A stretch of DNA of 64,000 bases, taken from the NCBI RefSeq assembly GCF_018350175.1, contig NC_058383.1:13828001-13892000 (forward strand). The letters are read 5' to 3'. Source of the stretch: Felis catus (Eukaryota). Made by a program: the position numbers and the translations under genes. Below, piece by piece: positions 11,201-24,530 of the stretch. Under the pieces are notes generated by a model. The model was not told where the DNA came from, made no database searches, and saw only the letters and a list, made by a program, of their open reading frames with translations. Numbering within the stretch: the stretch's first letter is position 1; each line of letters opens with the position of its first letter.

Positions 11201-14200
11201 CCTTAATCAAGGTCATGGTTGCCTTATTTAATCTTTATGTGTTTAAATGTTTACAGGATGTTCATGTGAATTTTATGAATCCTTCTGTCTTTGTGACTCA
11301 ACCATCTGCCAAAGAAAAAATTAATTTTCCCAGGGAGACAGACACACACAGAGAGAGACCGACTAACTTCTTGTCTGTATTTAGTTGGTTGAACTGCTAT
11401 AGGAGCGACAGGATTGGTCCCCCAAATTCTGGACTGTGTATCCTTAAAAGGAACTCCGCAGTCAATTCAGTGTCTCCAGCCAGTATTTATGACCCTTTCT
11501 TACCCATTCTGCGTCCTCCTCCTTGATGGTTTTGCCGCTTTGCTATGTAGGCAGAAATGCAGATGAGAACTTTGCTGTCTGTGCATGACCATCTGGCTAA
11601 GAGAGTTAATCTCTGTCACACTCTGGAAGGGCCCCAGGGCAGAGCTACCTGAGGAGGAAAGAAGAAAAGCCAGGAAGCCCTGTCTGGGAGTTAGGGGTTC
11701 CCTGGAGCCCTCTGTTTACAGGACATCAGCCCTGGTGTGGATCCCCGTTCTAGGTCAGGGGAAGAGAAAAGGCCTGTAATTGCTACCCCTTCTCGCCTCA
11801 GAGCCCCCTTTTCCAGGACCCAGCCTGCAACCAGGGCAGTTAGAGACGATGAGAGGTGGCCAAGAGGGGCATTTCACCCCACGACTTTCTCACCCCTTCT
11901 CTTTAACTTCCCCCTTGTCTCACATTTTAGTGTCCGGCCCCCTCCGCCAGCTTTTCAGGAGCCGGGCCCGGCCTAATGGACATCTGGGAAGGGCTAGGCG
12001 AGAATGAGGCCCCCAGATTTGTGCTGTGAGCGCCCAGGGTCTACTGAAATGTGAACTTCAAAGGAGCACCCGCCCGCCCCTCCGCGGGACCCCAGCCCCC
12101 CCCCCCACACACACACACCCCAGCAGGCCAGCCGTGGGGAATTCTGGGGGAACCCGCATCCACCCTGATGAGCACCAGATGGAACACTGAGGCCACCTGG
12201 AGCTCTCTCTGACTAGAGCAGTTTGTCCTTTTCCAGGCCCGACCAGACTAGGGGACATACAGCCTGTCCTTGGGGTCGATTTTGCACGGAGGGTTTCCGT
12301 GGGACACAGATGAGGTGGAAGCCTTCAAGGTAGTGGGGCCTTTGGGTATTTTTGACAGTGTGGTTTTATCAGCAGCATAGAAGGAAAAGCCGGCCAAAAA
12401 ATTGGTGGAGATTTGAGAAGATGAGGTGAGAAAAAAGTTGCTAGACATAAGATACGCTAGTATCTATTTAACGGTGATGATCTCACCTCATTCATTATGT
12501 TTAGACATAAAAGGGGAACTCTTCGGTTTGATGACAAAATAAAAGTTATATTCCCACCGGGACCACCGTTGGCTTTTATGAAAAGCCCATCCCCTAAAAC
12601 AATCCTGTGCTTTCTCTGTTAAGTGGAAACAGTGCAGTTGACCATGGGATAGCTTTCTTTAAAAAGAAAAACTTGCTGTAGAGTTTGAAACCCAGTTATA
12701 ATGAACATATGGAGAGCATTTTACACTTCCTTGTAGTGTCTTGGGTCCCCTCCTAAGGAGAACAGGATGGAAAGGACATCCCCCATGTGCAGAAGAGCGA
12801 ACCGAGCCAATTTCAGCGTCTGTGAATCAGTTGCGTTTTTGTACTGTCTTAAATCCTAGATAAGGGAAGACTGTCACTTTTTCTTCCCCTGGACCTTTTT
12901 TTGTTCTGCTTCAGAGCAATTTCTTGGGTCTTGAGGAGATAGAGATGTCTGATGCGTGGAAAATTAAATACTATTGAAGGGTAATTGGTGCTCGATTCAG
13001 ACAAAGGACTTATGAGTAGTTGGGGTCCTTCTACTACCCCACACTGCAAATAGCACGCAATCAGCTCCTTTTGTTATGGAAATTGACCTTCCTATAGGAG
13101 CCAGACTCTTATGCACAGAATCTGTTGTATAGAATTATTCCTTGAAAATTCTTGGAAACAGATGCCTTCTACGGTTCGCGTGAGACCACCAGCAAGGGTC
13201 TAAAAACCTTCCACGTTTTTGTGAGGAGAATGTTTCTCTCCGGATATTTTCCCATTAACTGTCGCCTGATCTTTCCCTGCCCTTGTGTATGGACAGAGAT
13301 GGGAGAGATCCTGGGTATTTAAATGTTGGATCCCATCCCCGGACATTTGGGGGAAGGGGTGGGAGATGTTCTGAGCATGCAGATTGATCCCGATGGCGTT
13401 TTTGGAGAACTCTGGCGGCGAGGCCCCCCTTCCAGATAAAAAGTGGGCCCGTTCTCTGGGTCCAGAGCCACCCCTGTGAGCTGGAGATGACAGTGTAACC
13501 GCCCCCTTCCTTTTAGTCGGATGATCAGACTCCACTCCATTTAGAACCCACTACAGCTCTCTTCGCTTACTCCATCCGTTCGCTCGCTGCTGTCCTCTGA
13601 AAGAATGTTCTCCATCTTTGGCAATATAGGCCCCAAAACCCCAAAAAAGCCTGCCTGCTGACCAGCCCCTCCCTTCAGTCCATTCATGTTTAGCGTTTTG
13701 TTTCGCCGACGCTGTGGTATGTGATTGTGTCAGAAAAAGGAATAGGCACTCGTAGCGCACTGTTGCGATTAAAAAAAAACAAAACAAAAAACAGCCAGTC
13801 TGTTCTGGAGAGTCTTCAGTGAGAGCCGTTCTATGACAAAGGGCCTCCTCACTAGTGACACTTTCAAGTAGAGGGGTCAGCTCCGGGCCTGGAGAGTTTC
13901 CTGCACGGAGGAAGCCTGTGGCCATCCCGGGGCCTCTGGATTATTTCTAGTTTCTGACAACGGCAGAAAAATGTTGTTTTCTCTGAAAATGTATGTTTAT
14001 TTAACTAGGTTTCTTTTTGCTTCACAATCTGGATTCTATTCAGTCAGTTACCACTCCAATTAACTAACAATTATTTAACATTAACAGTAATTACAGACGC
14101 CAGTTAAGCGCCTACAGATGTCAACTGTTAGCTTTGTACCTAATCACTCAATGAAATGGAGAAAGTTCAACAAACATCAATTAGCCAAGCAATTAGTATG

Positions 14201-16389
14201 AGTTAGGAAAGAGCATGTTATCATGTGTGAGCTGATTCAATTTATTTTATTTTGGCAGTAAAACACACACAGGCAAGCAGCAATAAGTTCCTCAGATAAG
14301 ATAAAACGCTATTGTTTTGCAGCTTACATAAGAATTCTTTCCTTTCCTGTGCAGAAGTCAAATACACTCTTGCCTGGAATTTATTGCACAAACAAAATTT
14401 GTCTCAATTACTCAGAAAGCCCAGCAATGCTCAGGCTTCAGGAAGCAACTTTGGTGAATTATGAATCCAGCAAATATACTGTGTAAGGATATGTCAGAAA
14501 TTTCAGTGGAGAAATGATTGATTCCCACTCAAGTAATCTCCTTCGTGCATTTCGGATTTTTACGGGGTTTATCCTAAACCTATGGTGGAGCGATTACACC
14601 AGTGATGTTATTAATTTCATGGTGCCTGAACTTTCGCTCAGCTGTCTTTGATTTAGCCCGGGGCAAGCATCAAAGTGTTTTTACCTTCTCGCCCAGCCTG
14701 TGCTTTAAAAACGGGGAAGCGGGTCTCAACGGCAGACCCGCTTTGTGAATCCACCAAAGACACTCCCGGCCTCGATTCAGAGAGCCCCCCGCCCCCAGCC
14801 CCCACCCCCACCCCTTAGACTTGACTTCCATCAACCCACCGAGCTTGCCTGGACTCAATGGGGCAGTGCATTCCAGGTCCTGATTCTGCAAGGTTGCCCG
14901 TAAATGGGCGTTTGGAGATGCGTTTTACCTCCAAGTGGAAAGCTGGCCACGAATGGCTGTGCCTCTGGTTCCCCTCCTACAAATGATTTCTGGCTAACTT
15001 TGGAAGCCTATGGATAGGAGTAGAAGGAGCCAGTCCTCCGTGGGGCGCGCTGTCAGGTCACTGTGGGTGTTAGGCGCAGAACTTTCCATCCGAGCAAACC
15101 TCTCAGCAGTAGGTAGAGGTTCAGTCCAAGAACTGAAAAGTCAATCTTCCGCCCGGTACAGCTTCGGGTGGAGGGCCAGTGTGCCTTTCTGTTGTGAACC
15201 TCGTGCAATACAGCGATACAACAAACAGTGGACTTTCCTGGCCGGTTCTGGAGGGATGTCTTTGCCCTTGTACATCAATAAAGAGGGTCTGTGTTCATCG
15301 GCTTTTACTGCACCCCCTGCTGCAGACGCCTGCAAGATTAAAGGTCAGCTGCGGACCAGCTGAGGTTCATCGTCTTTATTCCAGGACCCAGGCCAAACCA
15401 GCAGCCCCCCATCGTGCCCAGGGCTCGTCATCTTGGTAGAGGGAGAAGAGTAGAGACAGAACCATAGAATTTGGAGGCAGCGTGTGGCGTTTCTGCCCTT
15501 CTCTTTGGCCAGAACAAGTGCCCGGGGCGTTCTCCACCACACCGTCCCAAGCTATTTTATGTCCCCTGGATGTCGGTAGGACCCTGCCCTCGATGGGGGA
15601 GGGGCCTTCCCGGATGCCCAGGGTGTATCCTAACACCCAGGTAACTCCTTGTCATGGTCCCTACATGGCAGCGGGGCTCAACTTAGGGCATCTCTGATCT
15701 CCTCCTCTTCCAGTAAGACCACATTCCTCCGTGTGTCTACTCCCCATGCCCATTCCTGTGCCTGTAAGTGGACTTGTCTTTACTTTTAGCCAGATTTTAT
15801 TAGAAGTGACTAAGGACTTTCAAGCATTTCCCTAGCAACCGATGACAGCGGCACGAGGCCCAAATCCACACCGAGGCAGGCGGGGGGGCCTGTTAATAGG
15901 AGGAGTGTTCCGTGGGCGCGCAGAGCCTCTCTGACCCTCGTAAACCTTGTCTTATAAAGGAGGAGGTTGAGAGCACATCATGGCTTTTTCTAAGAGTCCT
16001 TTTGAAGAGGGAAATGTCTCAAGTGTGCCTGTTAATAGACTGATGTGGGAGGCGGTTATATTTGGATACCTTTAAAAGCCACTTGGAAAACATTTTCCCC
16101 CTCTTATCTATCACCTTTCACATCCCAGCAGAGTAACACTAAAACCTAATTTTAGCCAGGATTACATCACGTTCTCATTATCTGTTTATGGCCAGGAAAG
16201 GCTTTTCCCCGGTAAAGCTCCCCTCGCAGGAAAGCCCGGCGGCGTCACTCCTCTTGTTCTGTGGCAACGTGTGATTTTCCAAGCGTTGACTGCCCTCTGC
16301 TAGACTTTTGCGGCTCCTCTCTCAAGCCTTCTTGATTCGGAAACTTTATCCCTGCACTCGGTTTGACAAGGAGTCCTCTCGGGAAATCA

Positions 16390-16438
16390 GATTCGTCAGC
16401 TGTTAAGTAAATGACGTCAGTGTTGATTCCGTCAGCTG
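16390..16438. promoter_or_regulatory. Full CRE (TGACGTCA 16412-16419) flanked by two CGTCAGCTG half-CRE/E-box units
   Basis: gattcgtcagctg ... atgacgtcag ... gattccgtcagctg read directly. Confidence 0.45.
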
Positions 16439-18128
16439 GTGGCTTGAAGTGGAAGCCATATTGAAATTGGGTCTTCCATTCAACACCTGTTACGGAGCAC
16501 AAGAGGCTTTTTAAGTGGCAAAATGGGAAAGAAGCCACTCGACTAGCTAAGACAACAAAAATAATAACCTTAAGGCTTTCTTGGGAGGAGACAGTGCTCT
16601 AGGATGAACCCTGAAGGCTCAGCAAACCAGAAACAGACCAGCCCTCAGTAGACCACAGAAGATGTCACCTTTCTGAGAGATGTGTTCTGCGGGCACAGAT
16701 TGGCCCAACAGTGTTAGACTAAAATCTGCCCCCGTTGAGTATTCCATTTTAACAGCCAATCCTGTTGTTAAATCAGTTAAGCTATTGCAAAAATTGGGGT
16801 GCATTGTAAAGTCCCGGGGATTGCCTGTCACTGGGGCCTTTTGGTTTTGTGTTTTCTCATTTAGAGTGTGCTGCTTAAATTTTTGCCACATCAACATACT
16901 GCCAAGTGGGGGACTTGGCTGCTTTTAGTCACGGGAGCGCCAGGCTCAAGTCCGAGTCGGGCTACTTGTAACCATCTGACTTGGTTTTCTCGTCGGTAAC
17001 GTGAGAAAGTTGGGTTGGACTTCAAAATCCCTTCTAGGTTCTAAAGGCCAAAGCTTGCTTCGGAATGTTCTAGGTCTTCTCAGAGCGTCAGGCTTGTGCA
17101 GGATGCATACAGTTCCCCAGAGAGCTGTGAGTGCTATTGAAGAATAGTGCCTGGTGGCCAGTACGGTAACTTTGGTCCTGAACTTGTAAGCAAGAACAGG
17201 GCGGAATAAACCTTTCCAGGAGGTTTCGTCTCCGAGAAAGATCTTAGAGGGAAGAGGGGGTTGACCCTCAGGGCTGAGGGAAGAGGGAAAGGGATGGGAG
17301 TGAGCTGGCTCCGGTTTGAGTATCAACGGTTAGGTATTTGCTTCCAGAATAGGAATGACGATGCGGAGTCCTCCTCTGCTGGTCTGCATCTTGAGTGGCT
17401 TACAAGAGATGTTTCGTCTGCTCCAGTACATGTTTATAAAGAAAGCCCCACCATATAAAGACCTTAGGTCCCGGGTTCCTTCAAACTTGACTTCTCAGGT
17501 GGAAAGACAGGAGCATTTCCAGGGATGGCTGCAGGTTAGAGGAGGGGGAGGGGCAGGGGGTCAGATACCAGAGCAAGGCCCTGCCTTAGAGCACCCCAGG
17601 GGCAAGCTGCCAGGCAGCTTCTTTTTCTAGGAGTGGCTCATTTGAACGATGTGAATCGAAACGAGGCTTGGATGGACCGTTGTAGGAAATGGAGGGAGTG
17701 TCACCACCTCGCCATTTGTCTTTCGCTGTCAGTGGACTCGGGCACACCAAGCAATTCGTCAGAGCTCGGCTTCCTCAAAAGTTAATCTGGGCCTTCCGGC
17801 CTAAAGCCATCTGACTTCCTGCTTCTCTTCTGCTAGAAGGTGATGATAACACCGACTTCATTCACTTGCTGTCTGCTGGATTTTAGCTTGATTCGCGCTA
17901 AACTTGTAAACGGGTATCCGGTGGAGTGAGGTTCATTTTATTGTTACCAGAGCCGTGGCGTGTCATTTAGGAAGAATTAGGTTTGTCTGGGCCGTTGCCC
18001 TCACTTTCCGAGACTGATAAGTGTGGAGATTGATAACTAATGAGACACTGGGGGGTCTTAGAAAGAAATTCCAGGATTAGAAGCAGGGACACAGCTGCTG
18101 TGGGCTCTAGTCGATGTTCAATTGTAAA

Positions 18129-18344
18129 GTTTTCTTTTCATGTTTACTTATTTCTTTTTTTTTGAGAGAGAGAGAGAGAGTGGGGGGGAAGGGCAGAGAG
18201 ACAGGGAGACACAGAATCCGAAGCAGGCTCCAGGCTCCGAGCTGTCAGCGGAGAGCCCGATGTGGGGCTCGAACTCACGAACCGCGAGATCGTGACCTGA
18301 GCTGAAGTCTGGCGCTTACCCGACTGAACCACCCAGGCGCCCCC
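18129..18344 (-). mobile_element. CanSINE (SINEC)
   Basis: tRNA-derived head, (CT)n region and A-rich tail on the minus strand. Degenerate TSD tcgatgttcaattgtaaa / tcgaatgttcgattctaaa. Confidence 0.95.
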
Positions 18345-19655
18345 TCGAATGTTCGATTCTAAACTAAGTTTTGTGGCTTCAGTTTTTCGGCTGGCCGTAG
18401 GGCCCATGTTGCCCTGTCTCATGGCCTCTTCCCAAGATGTTAGACATCAAATCAATTTGTCTTCTGCTCCCGTGGGAAGGAGAGACTCCTGACTGAAACA
18501 GGCGGCTTGGGGGGGGGTGGCTGTCCATTTCTCCTCTGGCCTCGCTGACCATGGATAGCTGGTCTTCGCCCACATCCCTGTTACCCCTGTGCGGGCGGGG
18601 CCTCGCCCCCCAGCTGGCCCTGCCGGTCGGCCTGGTACCGGGTTGGTGCCTGGTTTCAGCCGTCTTCCTTCTCAGGGCCCTCCGGGTGGAGAGAAGACAG
18701 CTCTTCCCCATCCTCCTTCTGTATTAGCTCCGGGACAAACTTGAAAACTGCCTACTGTAAGGGTTTTCTTGGCAGTGGAAAAGTTAAGGCCGACTTTCTG
18801 AGCCTTCTCAGCATCCTGCCACGTATCTTATCTTATTCAAATATCCTAATTGCTACCCGGGCTTCTCAGCTGCACATCATCCTAGCACCTAACTGACAAA
18901 ATAGGCCTTCACCTGAGGGCCTCATTATGCTTTCCGCCTGTGCATCAGGCCAAAAATACCTCCACAATACCTGCTCGACATCCTGGGCTTCCAAGTGACA
19001 AACAAATAATTGGGTGAAACAAACCCTGGGCGCCAAGCAGCTGCCATCGGTGCCGGAGCACAGAGGAGTCCGCGGCAATAACACTCAGGCGCTGCCTGGT
19101 TCATGTCAGAGCGGATCTTTGAACAGTGGGTTGTGCTGACACCAGACAATGACAGCTTTTTGGAAATGGCATGCTAGTTACCACTGCAAGTGAGGCCTCT
19201 CATGTAGACCGTGACAAGCAGCTGTCATTTCCACGCAGGTGAACAACTGACATCCTACGACAGGGAGGGGCGGGAGGCAGGCAGCCGGCTGTGTTTGGAG
19301 GGCAGGTAAGGCCGGCCCGCGGAGAGAAGGTTCTCGAGGCCTGGCGACCGTTAGCGGTTGTGGCAGGAGCTGGCCTCCGAACACACGCACCCGGGTCTCC
19401 CCTGTTGCCCCTTTAGAACTTTTCTAAGAAAGGACGGCGGAAACAGTTTCAGCTCTTTGAGGACAGCACCGAGGCCCAGCCCAGCGTGGTTCAAGGTTTC
19501 ACTTACAGTCCCTCCCTGCGTCCCTCCTCGACTTCTTGAGGTGTCACGGATTGGGCTTCCGGGCCCAGTACTGAGTTTACAGAGTAGGGAAAGGCGAAGT
19601 CTCTGCTGGTAAGGAACGAATCGGGTGGAATTCAGGTACAGCACCGGGTCTGGAC

Positions 19656-19810
19656 CAGCGGTTCTCAAAGTGTGGTCCCTAGACCGGCCCTAGCAGCATC
19701 CCCTTGAGTAGCAGTTGGAGATGCAAAGTGTCCTATAGAACTGGGAACTCCAGGGGGTGCCCTGAAGGTGATTCTTGGCAGGGCTCAGGTGACCCACACT
19801 ATCACTCGGG
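19656..19810. mobile_element. MER5A-like hAT-Charlie fragment
   Basis: cagcggttctcaaagtgtggtccctagacc...agcagcatc...gatgcaaa matches the MER5A start (recalled). Confidence 0.65.
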
Positions 19811-20044
19811 GAAATCCATGCTCTTAAGGAACAGGGCAGCCTTTTTGTTGATCGTTAACATCAGAGGCCCCAGACCTGATCAAAGTCACGCTGTGCACCT
19901 GCCACCGGACTCACTGCTGCCCTTGTGGCGGATTCGCAACCTCAGTCTCTAGCCTGGGGAGCGGGCCCCCTCGAGTACAGGGTGGCTGGCTGGGCCAGGC
20001 CTGAAGGTAGGTCTGCATCAGAGAGGGAAAGTCTCGAGGTTAAT

Positions 20045-20250
20045 GGGCTTTGGAACCATGACCTTGGGCCGGCGTTCTGCTGTAACCAGCTGAGCTAACT
20101 TGCTCAGCCACTTCTCAAAGATAAACTGTTCTGTCCAGTTCCTGGTTGGCAGATACCGCCTCACAGACGCCCGCTTGCCACCTGCGCGAAGGGTTATCAC
20201 AACACAAAGCACACACGCTCGGCTAGATGTGCCGTGATGACCGGTAACTA
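20045..20250. mobile_element. Degraded MIR-like fragment
   Basis: gggctttggaac...tctgctgtaaccagctgagctaacttg pattern. Confidence 0.4.
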
Positions 20251-20731
20251 TTCGGTAAGCAGAGTGCTGTGCAGGGCCTTCTTGCAACTACAATAGCCCG
20301 GATCAGCAGCGTTCTGACATCTGTGTCCCCTTCCCTGCGAGGTACTGTCGAGTTTGAAACCTACCAAATTAGACCGACTGCGTTGGGTTTTCCCCCAGAA
20401 TGTGATTCCCCTGTGAGGTTTCCGCAAGCCCCCTGAATATTAAAGCTTCTTTAGGATGTCCTTCGGGACCACAGCTCTTCCAGAACTAGAAGTGTTCAAG
20501 TAGTGGTTCTCAAATGGGAGCCCACCCCCCGGTTATCTCTAGGGCTTGAGGAGACCACAGGCTGCTGGTCTCCTCACACCAGGATTCTTGACGCATAGAG
20601 AACATCGGAATGAACCCCCATGTGTGCACTCTGTATACAGCTTCGGATTTACCAAGATTGTGCCACGATGGATTTTAGGTGACAAGGGTGGATGGGGTGG
20701 TATCTATCCTCCCTCCTGTATTGGCAAAGTA

Positions 20732-20946
20732 TTTTTTTTTCAACGTTTTTTATTTATTTTTGGGACAGAGAGAGACAGAGCATGAACGGGGGAGGGGCAG
20801 AGAGAGGGGGAGACACAGAATCGGAAACAGGCTCCAGGCTCCGAGCCATCAGCCCAGAGCCTGACGCGGGGCTCGAACTCACGGACCGCGAGATCGTGAC
20901 CTGGCTGAAGTCGGACGCTTAACCGACTGCGCCACCCAGGCGCCCC
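20732..20946 (-). mobile_element. Young felid CanSINE
   Basis: Near-identical to the copies at 35369, 42850, 44618, 55186 and 58568. TSD tggcaaagtatttt / tggcgaagtatttt. Confidence 0.97.
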
Positions 20947-20954
20947 ATGGCGAA

Positions 20955-21640
20955 GTATTTTAAAGCTCGTGTCAGGTATCATGTCATTTCACCCCTACAT
21001 CCAGGAGTGCGCATCTGCTTACAAATTTGTTCTTACACGGCCACATTCTGTTACCAGTCTAACAAAGTACAATAATTCCTCAACATCAGCGAAGCACCCG
21101 TCCCCAGGGCCATTTCCCTGATTGCCCCACAAGTGCCATTGTCCGTGATCTATTCCCAGCAGGATACAAACCCGGGTCGTGTACTCCTGGTGTTAATCTA
21201 GAGCCTGCCACCTCTCCCCAGCCTCCCATTTTTTTCAAGTCAGAGACTTGTTGCAAAAACCCAGGTCACCTGCTCTGTACGCTGTTCCGCCTTCTAGAAG
21301 CCCTTGTGGCGTCGTTTAGTTTATGGCTCACATTTCCTGTAAGTGGAAGTTGGCCCTCAAGCTTTGACTGGATTTGGGTTAGGCTTTGGGCAAGAGAACG
21401 CCATAGGCGTTGTGGGGAGGCTCACATGGCCTCACATCCGGGTGACCAGTGTCTGGATGTCCAAGTTTTAGCGATGCCAAGATTGTTCAGTCAGTTCCGG
21501 TTGTGGCCACATGATGCCTGCATTGCCAGGTACCCCATCAACCTTCCATCTAATGTCTTCAGCCACGGACAGTCCTTGCCCGACCCCGTGTCCCATGAGA
21601 GATCGTCAAAGGTGACTGACTGCCCCTCCATATTGGCTGA
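20955..21640 (-). mobile_element. Old L1 3' UTR fragment (L1MC/L1MD-like)
   Basis: gtcaggtatcatgtcatttcacccctac...aacaaagtacaataattcctcaacatc...atttccctgattgcccc resembles L1MC 3' ends (recalled). Confidence 0.5.
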
Positions 21641-22135
21641 AATTCTTTGGAACAACGGGGCTTTACCTCATCAGCTAGAGCTCTTTGGTGACCCTCAAAT
21701 GTAATCAGAGCAAGAAGTCGGTGCCCTCCCAGGCATTTTATTAACAGGCCTGTACCCTTCTTTGTTTGCATGTTTCTCAGAAGAGTTTTAATCCATGTTT
21801 TGAATCCAATGAGCCTTTCTTATGGTTTATATTTATCGACAGAAGAGACAAAATGTCTGAAAAGTAGAACCTGAAAGAGAGCAGCATCCGATAGGTTTAT
21901 ACAAGCAGGCGTGTGAATTTAAAGTCCTACCTGCCCTTCAAGGCTCTGTGCAAATGCTACATCCTGCAGGAAGTCGTCCCACCTTTACCAAAATTTGGAC
22001 ACTTGGTGCGTTTCCAGAGTTTTCCCCATTTTGAACCCCACCCCCTCCACAGTGACCAGCAGGGTTCTTTATATACAATAGGGGCTCAATTCGTTTGTTG
22101 AACCTAAGTGAATTAAAATGCAACGTCCTAAAATT

Positions 22136-22352
22136 GGGGCATCTGGGTGGCTCAGTCAGTTAAGCATCGGACTTCGGCTCAGAACATGATCTCGCGTTTC
22201 ATGAGTTCAAGCCCCGCATCGGGCTCTCTGCGGTCGGCACAGAGCCCTCTTTGGATCCTCTGTTCCCCACCCCCACCCCCGCCCCTCACCCACTCATGTG
22301 CAAGAGCACATGCTGTCTCTCAAAAATAAACATTTAAAAAAACTAAAATAAA
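22136..22352 (+). mobile_element. CanSINE (SINEC)
   Basis: ggggcatctgggtggctcagtcagttaag head and A tail. TSD aaaatgcaacgtcctaaaa / aaaatgtaacatcctaaaa. Confidence 0.95.
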
Positions 22353-24394
22353 TAAAATGTAACATCCTAAAACGGAAACCTTGGAAATTACGTTATAATG
22401 GGATGGGGGGGTCTAAGCGACTTGATTAAAGAAAGTAAGGAAAAGTAGGGAAAAGTAACATCTTACTTTGATCTAAACTCGGTTGGCATTCTTGGATAAT
22501 CGGATGATCCCGACTGGGTGTTCTTCTGGAAGGAAATAGGAGGCCATGCACATATACTGAGTACCTACGGTGTGCCAGGCAGGTTTATGCCGATTTGTTT
22601 CATCCACCCAGTAGCCTAGCCAAGTAGGTAGTTTACATGCCAGAAAAGCATCCTGTGAGTGGTAGGTGACAGCCAGTCGTTGGGTGCGGCCTCCTGGCCT
22701 CCCAGCCTCACTTAGGTTCCCTTAGGTTCAACAAATAAATTGGGCCCCTCCCAGCCCCGCATCCCTCCTACTGGGCGAGCCCAGCCTGAAGGAGAGAAGC
22801 TTTGATTTGGCAAACTAAAAACGGCCTCTTATGATCAACGCAGTTTCCCACTGAGCCTGAACTCTCCGTGGTGTAGGCGGGGGAAAACTACTGACGATCA
22901 GGTCCCGGAGAGGCTGGATGGAGGCCGCGAGCAGGGAACGGCCTCAGTTTCTGCGTGGGTCACACGCACTGAGCCGCTGGCTTTTACAGAAGATGAGAGT
23001 GTGATGTTTCACCCCCCACACGCATACCCAGACTTTATATAGTTACAGAATCAAAGTTACGTTGCTGATGAATAGAAATTAAAGTGGAAAAGGAGTCCAG
23101 GAGCCTCAAGCGATCAGACGGCAGTTACGCCCGGGAATCCTAGCGACTTTGCTAGAACTGCTCATTTTGTGACCGCTTGGAGCTTATCACCACCCTTCAG
23201 CGGTGGGCAGATGGACACGTGGCAGGGAGAGACGATGGGGCTCCGAACAGGGGGACCCTCGTCCCTGCTTGAGCCGTTTGCTTTGTTCTTTCTAAAGCCC
23301 GCTGGCCCACTTTGAGTTTTCTGGTGGGAGACGTGCAAGAAATCCCGGGCTGTTCATCCATGTTCTGCGAAAATTTGTCTGGAAGACCTTCAGACCCGCA
23401 CCGCGCCTGGTGCCGACCTTTGCCTTGTGGGTACCCGTTGGCCTCCTGGGCGGTGATGCCCTTTGGGTCAGAGCATCACTTTAAACCACGGTTTTCTTTG
23501 CCAAATGCTCTGGGGAGGTATGTGGACCCTAAATACACTTACTTGTAAGGTAACCCTTGCCGCCACTCCCTCCCTGAGCATTCTGCCACATCCCGTGGCC
23601 AAAGTGCCGACTGCACCGATGGGCTAGTTGTTTTACTTCCTTCATTCCTGCCCCTGGGCTGCTAAGTGTTCTGGAAGAAAATTGACTGAGCTGATGACTG
23701 TGTACATTTGCACTTTCGAACCTCAGCTGAACTCTTGAGGGCATCTAGACCCATCTCCCCTCCCTTCCTTCATCGGTTGGCCCTGTTCTCATGCTGTCCC
23801 CACCCCACCAGTGCCCTTCCTGGGGAAGACGGAGGGCCTCTGCTGGGGAACAGCCCCTGTTTCCTCTTCCAGACTCAGAAGGTCTCTTTTTCTTGACCAA
23901 GAGGGAGCGGGGTCTCCTGCCTCCTTCCCTGGCTGGCCTCCGTCAGTCAATATGGCTTCCCTGTCCCCTTGTCTGTCTTAGCTCCCCGGTCAAGCCTTTC
24001 TTTCCCTTTCTACTGGCTCATTCCCCTCAGTCTCTTCAGAGGATCCTTAGCCTTAAGTAGCAAACAGCAACAATGACGACAGACAGATCTAGTCCTACTT
24101 CTTCAGGTACTTAAAACAAATAAGCCTCTTTGAGGTCTTTCTCTCCCCTGTCCCCCCTTCCTGTAAAATACCTTGCGTTTGCATCTCAGTTGAGTGACCT
24201 TTTAAGGTGACTGTGTGACCTACTGTCCAGACCAGGACGTTCTTGAAAGAAAAACAGACTGCTGTTAACAATTGCTTCGGGACAATAACCCTGGCCTGCC
24301 CCGCAAAGTGGGTGCCTGACCGGCCTAGTGAGAATTCACTTTCTTTCCATTGCCTGGATCCGCGAGTCGTGGGAGCGAATATGTACGGAGTCCT

Positions 24395-24530
24395 CACTGC
24401 GAGCCAGGCCTTGCTCTGATCACTTTATAGGGATTCACTCGTGGAGTCCTCACGGTACCCTTTTGAGGTAGAGGGTGCGACCACCCCTTTGACTGAGGAA
24501 AGGGAGACCACAGGCCGAGCAAGCTGCCTT
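24395..24530. mobile_element. MIR-like fragment
   Basis: gccaggccttgctctgatcacttta...tcctcac...ccctttgaggtag...gaggaaagggagac pattern. Confidence 0.5.

Noticed and set aside
22136..22230. tRNA-like A/B box sequences (tggctcagtcagttaag...gagttcaagccc)
   Set aside because: They are the tRNA-derived heads of CanSINEs, followed by SINE body and tail, not tRNA genes.
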